DNA from: a virus
Lineage: Duplodnaviria; Caudoviricetes
Virus record (IMG/VR): IMGVR_UViG_3300017707_000495
Location: 1-32,863 of that record
DNA: 32,863 nucleotides
Direction: 5' to 3' (one strand)
In this document: positions 1-8,507 of the stretch, piece after piece
Numbering within the stretch: position 1 is the stretch's first letter
Layout of the letters: each line of letters starts with the position of its first letter
Notes under the pieces: generated by a model
Seen by the model: the letters and a program-made list of their open reading frames with translations, nothing else
What the model was told of the DNA's origin: nothing
Database searches by the model: none
Translations under genes and position numbers: made by a program

Positions 1-38
1 ACATTTACTATCATTTACAAAGATTAACAGCAAACCAG

Positions 39-227
39 ATGAACAAAGAAACAATTAACAAAGGAGATTATATTTATATACAAAATAAATACACCGCTTC
101 ATTGAGGAAAGTAATTTATAAAAGTAAAAATATAATAGAGTTTAAATATGGCTGGTGTTTTATTGACCAATTAAAACCAAATCAAAATAAAGCTTCTAAA
201 GTTAGATATATCTTATTAGAGGAATAA
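39..227 (+). CDS. hypothetical protein (62 aa)
   Basis: ATG-started ORF followed by an intrinsic terminator; no recognisable motif. Confidence 0.55.
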   Translation: MNKETINKGDYIYIQNKYTASLRKVIYKSKNIIEFKYGWCFIDQLKPNQNKASKVRYILLEE

Positions 228-257
228 CACCAGAGAATAAAACAAATGCAACCAGAG

Positions 258-289
258 AGCCTTACATTAATTTGTAGGGCTTTTTTTTT
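258..289 (+). terminator. intrinsic terminator
   Basis: Stem AGCCTTACA/TGTAGGGCT (one G-U pair), 6-nt loop, then a T9 run. Confidence 0.85.
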
Positions 290-303
290 ACCTACTTATT
301 AAC

Positions 304-311
304 TAACTTTG
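304..311 (+). promoter_or_regulatory. Bacteroidota-type -7 promoter element
   Basis: TAACTTTG matches TAnnTTTG; lies just after the terminator and 40 nt before the terS ATG. Confidence 0.65.
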
Positions 312-351
312 CAAGATTAATAAACGGAAATAAACGAAATATAAAGAAGAT

Positions 352-639
352 ATGGCCAGATTTACAAAAGGAAATAACGCAAATCCAAACGGCAGACCAG
401 TTGGCGCTGTTAATAAGATTAATAAAACGATAAAAGAAAGCGTTTTAAATGTATTTAACAAGATACAAGACGACCCACAGCACAATTTAGAAACATTTGC
501 AAAGAAATACCCCAGAGAATTCTATTTGATAGCCTCGAAATTGATACCTACTGAAATGATAGGCACTACCGAAACTATTATAAAGGTAACCATACCAGAG
601 GAAAGACAAATTGAAAGCGAAAATATTATAAGAATTTAA
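352..639 (+). CDS. terS: terminase small subunit-like protein (DUF5681-like N-terminus)
   Basis: N-terminal FTKGNNANPNGRPVGAVNK resembles the F-x-K-G-x-S-G-N-P-x-G-R-P-K-G motif of small terminase-type proteins; lies upstream of terL. Confidence 0.65.
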   Translation: MARFTKGNNANPNGRPVGAVNKINKTIKESVLNVFNKIQDDPQHNLETFAKKYPREFYLIASKLIPTEMIGTTETIIKVTIPEERQIESENIIRI

Positions 640-640
640 C

Positions 641-815
641 CGAAAAACCCCCAAAATGAAGCGTTTTATCGGGAAAACACCAAAAAAAAGCTAAAAAACC
701 CCTAAAAAAAGCTGTTCAGAATTTTGCACACACGAGTTAAAGAATAGCCCCCAAAATGAGTTTTTCCCAAATTCGGTTTTTCGCCTCCCCAAAATTTTTT
801 TTTCTGCCCAAATTG
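641..815. repeat. phased A-tracts and CCC(C)AAA(A)T repeats
   Basis: CCCCCAAAATGA at 648 and 748; CCCAAATT at 766 and 807; CCCCAAAATT at 787; A-tracts at about 643, 653, 674, 682, 693 and 704. Confidence 0.7.
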
Positions 816-1010
816 GTTTGTTTAAGGCTCACTACAATCATTTAGCACCTTGAGTGGTATAAGCACCTAACTTTTAGTTAAAGTGTCTTATATCGCTTTA
901 TTTTAAGTCAAATGTAAATAAGGTTCAACCTCAAATTTTTTTTTAGCTCAAAATTGATTCGTATTGATACGCATTTATCCAAATAATGAGCTACAAATTC
1001 CCAAATTAGG

Positions 1011-1083
1011 AACTTTAGTAAATTTAGTAAAACTTTAGTAGGGTTTTAGTAGGGTTGCTTACGGGTTTTGTAAGGGTTTAGTA
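1011..1083. repeat. imperfect ~11-bp tandem repeat (TTTAGTAGGGT-like)
   Basis: TTTAGTA at 1014, 1023, 1034, 1045 and 1077; GGGTT at 1041, 1052, 1063 and 1074. Confidence 0.75.
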
Positions 1084-1273
1084 TTACTAACGCAAAAGGT
1101 TAGTAAGGATATAGAGTGTCCGAATTGACACTTAATATATAAAGTCAAAAAGGACACTATAAATATTGGGGCATTTAGGGTGTACCCCCTATATACGATT
1201 TAGGATTATTTTGGATGTCCAAAATTTTTATCTTTTAGTTGTTTGTTATAGTAATTTGTAGTAATATTGCATT

Positions 1274-2674
1274 ATGGCAGAATTAAGTGTTGAATTTCCA
1301 AGAGTTAGCCAAATGGTTAATAAGAAGTTTGAGGACATTTGGTATAACGAGGATAGATACTTGTTACTTTATGGTTCAAGGGGTTCTTCCAAGTCTAACT
1401 TTGCTGCTAAGAAAAAAGTATTCCAATGTTTGACCTTTCCTTACTTTAGGGATATTATGATTCGTGAGAGTTATAACACGATTAAGGATAGTCAGTTCCA
1501 AACTATTAAGGATATTATCTACGAATGGGGATTAGAAAGCCTTTTTCACTTTAAAGAGAACCCTTTAGAGATTCATTGTAAGAATGGTAATATCTTTTAT
1601 GCTCGTGGTTGCGATGATGTAGATAAAATCAAGTCTATTAAAGACCCTTCTGGTGCTTGGTATGAAGAAGCAAACAATATATCTCAAGAGGACTTCTTAA
1701 CCATCACTACTTCTATTAGAACATCTAAAGCTCCGTATCTTCAAGAGATAATGACACTTAACCCAGAATGTAAAGGAGATTATCACGACTTTTGGGTTTA
1801 TAAGATGTTTTTTGAGCCTTTAGGAGAAGAAATGGAAGGGAGAGGAAGTTTAGACATCCAATTAAACGAGTTTGAAACATTAAGCACTCCTTATACTGTT
1901 CATCACTCTACTTACAAAGATAATCGCCATGTTGGTAAAGCATTTATGGCTCAATTAGAGCAATTAGCAAATGTTGACCCTTATTACTATCAAGTTTATG
2001 CTTTAGGGCAATGGGGAGAGAAAAAAGCTCAAAATCCTTTCTTTAGTGCGTATGATAAGAACAAACATACCAGCGATGAGCCTAAATACGATTATAGAAA
2101 ACCACTTTACATATCTATTGACTTTAACTTAAATCCTTTCTCGGTTTCTTTTTATCATCTTTGGAGAGATGCTTACGGAGAACACCTACATTGCTTTGAT
2201 GAAATGGAGATTTATGGTGGTTCAATACCAGAACTGGCCGATAGGATTAACCAGAAGTATGGAAGAAGCTTACCGATGTGTAAAATAACTGGGGATGCTA
2301 TGGGTAATAGAGGAGATATATCACAAAGGGATAACGCTTCGCTTTATTTACAGCTTGTCAGACTTTTAAAAGGAGTTAGAGTAACCCAACTTTATACACC
2401 AGCCAACCCTACTCACGAAAATAGTAGAGCAGATTGTAATTACTTCCTTTATCACTTTGATGACTTTAAAGTAAGCACAACAAGTTGTAAGGGTATGATT
2501 CGAGATTTAGCCAATATGCAAGTGGATTCATTTAACTCCATTATTAAGAAAAATCGTAAAGATGTGAACCAAAGAGCCGATTTTGGGGATAACTTTAGAT
2601 ATATGGTAAATACCTTTATGTTTGACTGGATTAAAAGACATTCAAAAGGAAGTAGTAGGATATATAAAAAATAA
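1274..2674 (+). CDS. terL: terminase large subunit (PBSX/SPP1-like)
   Basis: Walker A variant YGSRGSSKS, Walker B WYEEA, coupling motif TLNP, HSTYKDN and YALGQWG motifs, nuclease SIDFN. Confidence 0.92.
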   Translation: MAELSVEFPRVSQMVNKKFEDIWYNEDRYLLLYGSRGSSKSNFAAKKKVFQCLTFPYFRDIMIRESYNTIKDSQFQTIKDIIYEWGLESLFHFKENPLEIHCKNGNIFYARGCDDVDKIKSIKDPSGAWYEEANNISQEDFLTITTSIRTSKAPYLQEIMTLNPECKGDYHDFWVYKMFFEPLGEEMEGRGSLDIQLNEFETLSTPYTVHHSTYKDNRHVGKAFMAQLEQLANVDPYYYQVYALGQWGEKKAQNPFFSAYDKNKHTSDEPKYDYRKPLYISIDFNLNPFSVSFYHLWRDAYGEHLHCFDEMEIYGGSIPELADRINQKYGRSLPMCKITGDAMGNRGDISQRDNASLYLQLVRLLKGVRVTQLYTPANPTHENSRADCNYFLYHFDDFKVSTTSCKGMIRDLANMQVDSFNSIIKKNRKDVNQRADFGDNFRYMVNTFMFDWIKRHSKGSSRIYKK

Positions 2675-2675
2675 T

Positions 2676-2683
2676 TATCTTTG
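2676..2683 (+). promoter_or_regulatory. Bacteroidota-type -7 promoter element
   Basis: TATCTTTG immediately after the terL stop and 4 nt before ATG 2688. Confidence 0.55.
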
Positions 2684-2687
2684 TAGT

Positions 2688-3056
2688 ATGGGATGTATAA
2701 ATTGCACAAGCACAAGACCAGTATTAAGCTGCGTAACTAATTTAAGAATTGGAACAGTAGGTATTTCTACTGCTTATTATGTTTATTTTAGGAATAGTTC
2801 AAGTGGTAAGTTAAATAGAGTAAGTGCTACTTCAAGCATAGTAGGTTTACTTACGGCTGTAATAGACTTTGACCCTTTAGCTAATTCTCAGTACGAAGTA
2901 TGGGCAACCTTACAAACAGCTGAAGATATTGATGCCAGAGTAGTAATTGGTATTTCTACAATAGAAACAGATTGCTTCTATGTGCAATTCCAAAGAGTTT
3001 ACAATAGTTCAAATGCTTCAATAACTGCAACTAATCAAACATTAGCCTTAGCATAA
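2688..3056 (+). CDS. hypothetical, probably a beta-rich virion protein (122 aa, starts MGCINC)
   Basis: Start moved from 2622 to ATG 2688, which removes the terL overlap and follows the promoter box; its stop overlaps the next start (TAATG). Confidence 0.65.
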   Translation: MGCINCTSTRPVLSCVTNLRIGTVGISTAYYVYFRNSSSGKLNRVSATSSIVGLLTAVIDFDPLANSQYEVWATLQTAEDIDARVVIGISTIETDCFYVQFQRVYNSSNASITATNQTLALA

Positions 3057-3538
3057 TGATTTACATATCTGTGATTATATCACTTGTAACTTGCTCAATA
3101 GCGATTATGAGTGATTACAAAGTAGGAGAGCCTAAAAGGTTTCAGATGCTCTTATATTGGCTCAAAAAGCCTATCGTGGACTTTAGAGAGCGAATAGAAC
3201 ACATTTGTAACGAAAAGAAAAAAGATGCAAGAGAATATTACTCAAATGCTATTAATTCTTTACAAGACAATGATGTAAGAAACTTTAAAGTAAAATACTA
3301 TATGGACTTACAAGATAAGAAGCTTGAAGAAGTCGAAGCTTGGAAAGAGCGTAAGCTTAATTATGAGTTTTACCTTAAACCAGTCATTCTTTGCGTATAT
3401 TGTATGCCATCTTTCTGGGGTTCTATTATCTATGTGAGCTTAAACGGATTTACCAATCCAGTAGAGTGGATTTTATCTTGCACTATGAGTGTATTCATAA
3501 ATGCTTTTATCTGGGACTTATATACTAAACTAAACTAA
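3056..3538 (+). CDS. membrane protein with CxxC motif (DUF1360-like)
   Basis: N-terminal hydrophobic helix, charged coiled segment, KPVILCVYCMPSFW, then two hydrophobic helices. Confidence 0.6.
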   Translation: MIYISVIISLVTCSIAIMSDYKVGEPKRFQMLLYWLKKPIVDFRERIEHICNEKKKDAREYYSNAINSLQDNDVRNFKVKYYMDLQDKKLEEVEAWKERKLNYEFYLKPVILCVYCMPSFWGSIIYVSLNGFTNPVEWILSCTMSVFINAFIWDLYTKLN

Positions 3539-3539
3539 T

Positions 3540-4202
3540 ATGATTATTGCCAAAAACTTACAATCAGTTTACAAAAACAACAAAGAAGAACTTTTAAAAC
3601 TTATAGCCAAAGACCAGAACAAACCAATCGGGTTTGATGAGTTAGAATACTCGTTTGTGGATTTACAAGGCAAGAAATACTATTCATTCCCAGAAGCAAC
3701 TGCTTTACCTATTGAAAGATTGGCTAAAATGGAAGAATACAAGGTTTATATGTCAAGTGGTTTACATTCTGATATGGTTACTGAGATAACAGAGTATATG
3801 GAATCTATCTTAGCAAAGATTGTAAACTCTGGTCTTGATAACGAAGTAAAAAAGAACTCATCTAAAAATATTGGAGATTTAGGAATGTTGATTAGAGAGT
3901 TAAAAGAAAGACAAAAGACCTTTATCCCTATTGAGCTATATTATGCGTTCTTAGCTATCCAATTAGTAAGAGAGGATGAGAACCCACATATCTTTAACAA
4001 TAGCGTTCACAACTCTAAAATAGCTGCCTTGATGGATTTGAATGAAATGAATGGTGGGTTTTTTTTTGGCCAAAGGGAATCGAAACAGCTTCAAAGCTGG
4101 TTGAATATGTTAGAACCAGAATGGAACGAATACTGGCAGAACTCAATACAGTTTCATCAAACAAGAATAAAAGCATTAGAAACTTACTTATCAACCAGAT
4201 AA
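3540..4202 (+). CDS. putative tail assembly chaperone
   Basis: Directly upstream of the tape measure gene; contains slippery run GGG TTT TTT TTT with an open -1 frame downstream. Confidence 0.55.
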   Translation: MIIAKNLQSVYKNNKEELLKLIAKDQNKPIGFDELEYSFVDLQGKKYYSFPEATALPIERLAKMEEYKVYMSSGLHSDMVTEITEYMESILAKIVNSGLDNEVKKNSSKNIGDLGMLIRELKERQKTFIPIELYYAFLAIQLVREDENPHIFNNSVHNSKIAALMDLNEMNGGFFFGQRESKQLQSWLNMLEPEWNEYWQNSIQFHQTRIKALETYLSTR

Positions 4203-4360
4203 TCATCGCAATGCGTGATGATAGAGAACAGCTTCTGATGCGACTTTCTGATGGAGATAAAGTGCAATACGATTCCTTAAAGAAGGCCAATGTAAGGGAA
4301 TTTTTGAATAAATTTGCTATATTTGTAGATGAGTTGAAACAACCTCAAGTGCCAAAGTAA
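4061..4360 (+). CDS. -1 frame extension of the tail assembly chaperone (GT-like), or a small gene from ATG 4211
   Basis: The -1 frame is open from 4046 (after TGA 4043) to TAA 4360 and spans T TTT TTT at 4061-4067. Confidence 0.5.
   Translation, partial: FFWPKGIETASKLVEYVRTRMERILAELNTVSSNKNKSIRNLLINQIIIAMRDDREQLLMRLSDGDKVQYDSLKKANVREFLNKFAIFVDELKQPQVPK
4309..4325 (+). promoter_or_regulatory. two adjacent Bacteroidota-type -7 elements
   Basis: TAAATTTG (4309) and TATATTTG (4318) upstream of the tape measure leader. Confidence 0.5.
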
Positions 4361-4380
4361 CAAGGCAAATAATGAGTTAC
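4349..4380 (+). ncRNA. putative leader pseudoknot, copy 1
   Basis: P1 TGCC(4350-53)/GGCA(4364-67); P2 GTAAC(4357-61)/GTTAC(4376-80); ends 18 nt before ATG 4399. Confidence 0.55.
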
Positions 4381-4398
4381 CTTTAATAAGATACCATT

Positions 4399-6714
4399 AT
4401 GGCACAAGTAATAGAAACCGTATTTTCAATCAGAACCGAGGAAAGCGTAGCTAACCTTAATGAAGTTGTTGGAGCTTTAGGCAAAACAGAAGCAGCTGGT
4501 AAAAAAGCAGCAAGAGGGGTTTCTGATGAATTAAACAAAATACCAGCAGCAACTAAAAAAGCAACTTCTGGATTTAACGGTCTATCAAACTCAATCAACC
4601 AAGTTTCAAGAGAATTACCAGCTTTTGCATTCTCAGCTCAAACTGGTTTCTTGGCTGTATCAAACAACATTCCTATTTTAATTGATGAAATTACTGCTTT
4701 AAGGAGAGCTAATTCTCTACTTGTTGCTGAAGGTAAAGCTTCTGTTCCAGTATGGAAATCAGTTGTAGGTGCTTTATTTTCTTGGCAAACAGCTGTATCG
4801 GTAGGTATATCATTAATGGTTCTTTATGGCAAAGAATTAGGTAGTTTTTTCACTTCTCTATTTAAAGGTAAAGAAGCAATGGATGCTGCTAAAATTAGTT
4901 TAAATGCTTTAAATAAAGCTTATGATAGCCAAGAAGTTAAATCTGGAGTAAGTTCTTTATTGCAAATGAGAATAAATCTTTCAGATGCAAAACAAGGGTA
5001 TATTGATAAAACGGCTACTTTAAAAGAATATAATAAAACTTATGGAATTACTTTTGGTATTGCTAAAGGAGTAGAAGAAGCAGAAAAGAACTTAATAAAT
5101 GGCACTCCAGCATATATAAACGCTTTAGTACAAAGAGCAGCAGCTACTGATTTAATTAATCAAGCTTCTGCTGATTTAGTAAAAAGAGATAAAGTAGATA
5201 AAGATAGATTAGAATTAAATGATGCTATAAATAAAAGAAAATTAAAAAGAGCAAACGAAGCTTATTATGATGAAGCAGATGATTTTGTATTAAAGAAAAT
5301 GCAAAATGATAAAGCTGCTTTAGATAGAGAGGTAATAGATTTAGATAAATCACAAAAAACTAAATTAGAATTAGCACAAGGATATGCAGATAAAGCTGCA
5401 AAAGTATTAAAAACTGGATTAGGAGATACTGGTAAAGGAGGGGCTGAAGTTCTTAAAACCGAATTTGAAAGATTACAAGAGCAAATAGAGAAATTAAAAA
5501 CTCAAATTGAAAATGGCATCTATACTGGTAAAAATGTAGATAAAGATATTGCTCTATTAGGTAAATTAGAACAAAAAGTAAAAGATGTAGAAAAAGCATT
5601 TAGTGTGCTTACTGGAGAAGATGCAGAATTAAACTTTCAAGCTGCTATTAAGGATTCAGAAGCATTTTTAAATGAAATAGGGAAACAATCATCTGATGAC
5701 TTAAAAGATAGAAGAAAAGAAGATAAACAAGCTATTGAAGATAAACTTTCAGCTAATAAAGAATATTATTTAAGATTAAAAGAATTGGCTGGAGATAACC
5801 AAGCCCAATTAGATGTTTTAAATCAAAATGAAATACTAAGCGATATTGAAGTATATAAAGCTGCAATAGCTGCTGGGGAAGATTATGGAGATAAAAAGTT
5901 AGCAGCAGAAGATAGATTAAGGATTCTTAGATTAAATATTGATAAAAGATATGCTAAAGAGAAAAAAGAAATAGAGAAAGAAATAGGAATGGCTTCAATA
6001 GAAGTTGCTCAATCTATTGCTGATGGTATATTTAAAAATAAAAGAGATAACGATGAACAATCTAAAAGCATTGAATTAGCTAATATTGAAGATTTAAAAG
6101 AGAAGAAAATTATATCAGAAGAAGAATACGCTAAAAGAAAAGCTGATATAATGAATAGAAATGCAGAAACTCAAAGACAAGCAGATTTAGCACAAATTCA
6201 AGTTAATACAGCTATTGCTATCTTGAAAACATTTGCTCAACTTGGATTTACACCTCAAGGTATTTTAGCTGCATCTTTAGCTGCTATACAAGGAGCAATA
6301 CAATATGGATTTGCATCATCTCAACCATTACCTAAATTTTATGCTAAAGGTACTGATAGAGTAACTGGTGGTATTGCTGGTAAAGATAGTGTAAGTGCAA
6401 TGTTAATGCCTAACGAAGCAGTTATTCCAGCTAAAGAAAATATGGAAAGACAAGGATTGGCAAAAGCTTGGATTAGTGGAGATTTAGATAAGCATTTAGC
6501 TATGAATTACATTAATCCAGCTATTGATGAGGTTAATCGTAAATGGGAGATGTCATTGAAGTTAAATCAACAAAGTACATTTATAAGGAATGATAACTTT
6601 AACGATAGGAAAATTGTAGGAGAATTAATTAAATCCAATAGAATAAATAGAAGTATAGCTAATAGCTTGAATGATAAGTCAGTTAAATCTAAACATAGAA
6701 GATTGTGGAATTAA
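4399..6714 (+). CDS. tail tape measure protein
   Basis: 771 aa, helical and Ala/Lys/Glu-rich; SINQVSRELPAF..GFLAVSNNIPIL block; hydrophobic segments; C-terminal PKFYAKG..GKDSVSAMLMPNEAVI typical of TMP ends. Confidence 0.8.
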   Translation: MAQVIETVFSIRTEESVANLNEVVGALGKTEAAGKKAARGVSDELNKIPAATKKATSGFNGLSNSINQVSRELPAFAFSAQTGFLAVSNNIPILIDEITALRRANSLLVAEGKASVPVWKSVVGALFSWQTAVSVGISLMVLYGKELGSFFTSLFKGKEAMDAAKISLNALNKAYDSQEVKSGVSSLLQMRINLSDAKQGYIDKTATLKEYNKTYGITFGIAKGVEEAEKNLINGTPAYINALVQRAAATDLINQASADLVKRDKVDKDRLELNDAINKRKLKRANEAYYDEADDFVLKKMQNDKAALDREVIDLDKSQKTKLELAQGYADKAAKVLKTGLGDTGKGGAEVLKTEFERLQEQIEKLKTQIENGIYTGKNVDKDIALLGKLEQKVKDVEKAFSVLTGEDAELNFQAAIKDSEAFLNEIGKQSSDDLKDRRKEDKQAIEDKLSANKEYYLRLKELAGDNQAQLDVLNQNEILSDIEVYKAAIAAGEDYGDKKLAAEDRLRILRLNIDKRYAKEKKEIEKEIGMASIEVAQSIADGIFKNKRDNDEQSKSIELANIEDLKEKKIISEEEYAKRKADIMNRNAETQRQADLAQIQVNTAIAILKTFAQLGFTPQGILAASLAAIQGAIQYGFASSQPLPKFYAKGTDRVTGGIAGKDSVSAMLMPNEAVIPAKENMERQGLAKAWISGDLDKHLAMNYINPAIDEVNRKWEMSLKLNQQSTFIRNDNFNDRKIVGELIKSNRINRSIANSLNDKSVKSKHRRLWN

Positions 6715-8507
6715 GTAATTATAGAGTTTATTTAGGTGGTAAATTATTAAAGAATATACCTCAAGGTTTAGATACATTCCAAAAGGAGTTCCAAAGAGAT
6801 AATGACCTTTTTGGTGTTTATTCAGTAAGCTCTTTTAACTTAATTTTTGTTGGAGATGGGTATTGTATTCTTAGGGATTTCCAAAATGATTTAAACTCTT
6901 GTAAATTAACTATTAGGATTGAGCAAAAATGCAATAATATCTGGGTAACAAAATTTACTGGTATTATAGAATTAGGTTCTGTTGTAATAGATGAATCTGC
7001 ATCTGAAGCTACTTGTGAAATGCAAGATGATAGTCCATTAAGTTTAATTATACAAAATGCTTCTGTTGATATAGATTTACAATCAACTAAAAGCTTATTT
7101 GGTAATCCCATAACTCCAATAACCCAAATAACTGATACTTTATTTTCTCCTACAAATAGTTCAGCTTATACAAATAGGTATTTTTACGATGCTAAAGAAG
7201 TTGTAAGATTCCTATTAGAAGCAATAACAGAAAAGACTGTAAATGTAACAAGTAGCTTTTTAACAAAAAGTGTACAAGAAAATATATGGGAAATTCAATA
7301 TACTGGTAATCTTAGTAATATAGTAGATACAACTATAACATTTAAGAATTTTCAAGGAGATGTTGTTACTATTGTTGCTTTAAATAATTTTGGTGGAGCA
7401 AATGAAACATTTATTACTGGTTATTATTTAATGCCATTTAGTACATATTTAGGTGCTACTTCTGGTGTTTTTGATTATGTGCAAAATGCTTTTAAATTTG
7501 ATTTTGACCATAGAGGATTTTTCTTTTTTGTCCCAAATCAAGGTGCAAAAAAAGTTACACTTTATTGCAATTTGCCAATAGAAATATTAAGCGTTAGTGT
7601 AAATTCATTAGGCTCAGAAACAGTTACAGCTAATTTAATACAAGAATACTCTGATGGAGGTAATAATCCTTGTGTTACAAACTATAATCTAATTAGTGGG
7701 TTTAATGACCCAGCAAGATTCCCTATGAGTTTTAAAACAATAATAGAAGAATTGCATAAATTATACAATGTTTATTTCATTGCTAATTATGACAATGATG
7801 GTAATATTGACATTAGAATAGAAGATTATCAATATTTTGCAAATGCTTCAGCTAATATTGTTTTTGATAATGCTGAAAACTTAAAAATCAGTATTGATGA
7901 AGAAACAGCAGCAATAACAATAAGTACTGGAGAAGCTGTTGATACAACATTAGGTTCTAATGAATTTACATTTGGAAGTGAGTTTTGTGGATTAGGTAAA
8001 GATTTAGATGTAAAAAATGATTTTGTTATTGGTAGTTATCAGATATTTGAAGATTTAAGACTTACTTATGACCAATCAAAAGAAAACCAAGTTTATTTTT
8101 TAGAGAATAATGCAGAAAAGTATTCTGTTTGGTTTACAGCATTACCTCCAAATGTTTCTTGGGCATATAGAATATCAAATGCTTATAATTTACATTATAC
8201 TAATTATCATAAGATTTATAGACATTTCAATAAATTTAGAAAAAATATAGTAGGAAGTATAGTTATACCAGATAATAAATATAGTTCTAATATTAACATA
8301 ACTAATACTGCTAATAATAGGCTATTTAAAAATTATCAATTTAATGAATTTATGGGCAGAGATGAATTTAATTCATTATTTGACAATATATCTGATAAGG
8401 CTAAATTTAAAAGAAAAGAAGATACAGTTTATAAAGAAGGTTTAATCAAATCTGCAATTTACAACGATTTTGATGGGAGTGCAGAAATAACAATTTTAGG
8501 AGAATGA
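6705..8507 (+). CDS. putative tail tip / baseplate hub protein
   Basis: GTG start overlapping the TMP end; 600 aa, beta-rich; position directly after TMP. Confidence 0.6.
   Translation: MELSNYRVYLGGKLLKNIPQGLDTFQKEFQRDNDLFGVYSVSSFNLIFVGDGYCILRDFQNDLNSCKLTIRIEQKCNNIWVTKFTGIIELGSVVIDESASEATCEMQDDSPLSLIIQNASVDIDLQSTKSLFGNPITPITQITDTLFSPTNSSAYTNRYFYDAKEVVRFLLEAITEKTVNVTSSFLTKSVQENIWEIQYTGNLSNIVDTTITFKNFQGDVVTIVALNNFGGANETFITGYYLMPFSTYLGATSGVFDYVQNAFKFDFDHRGFFFFVPNQGAKKVTLYCNLPIEILSVSVNSLGSETVTANLIQEYSDGGNNPCVTNYNLISGFNDPARFPMSFKTIIEELHKLYNVYFIANYDNDGNIDIRIEDYQYFANASANIVFDNAENLKISIDEETAAITISTGEAVDTTLGSNEFTFGSEFCGLGKDLDVKNDFVIGSYQIFEDLRLTYDQSKENQVYFLENNAEKYSVWFTALPPNVSWAYRISNAYNLHYTNYHKIYRHFNKFRKNIVGSIVIPDNKYSSNINITNTANNRLFKNYQFNEFMGRDEFNSLFDNISDKAKFKRKEDTVYKEGLIKSAIYNDFDGSAEITILGE

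Noticed and set aside
1035-1083. Telomere-like TTAGGG array
   Set aside because: The unit is about 11 bp, degenerate and internal to a phage region; it is not a (TTAGGG)n tract.
640-1273. CRISPR array or tRNA in the long spacer
   Set aside because: The repeats are at most 12 bp with no regular unique spacers, and no cloverleaf or T-loop motif was found.
2622-2687. Track start sites at 2622, 14702, 18149 and 31014
   Set aside because: These extensions overlap upstream genes, promoter boxes or a terminator; downstream ATGs at 2688, 14762, 18170 and 31074 fit better.
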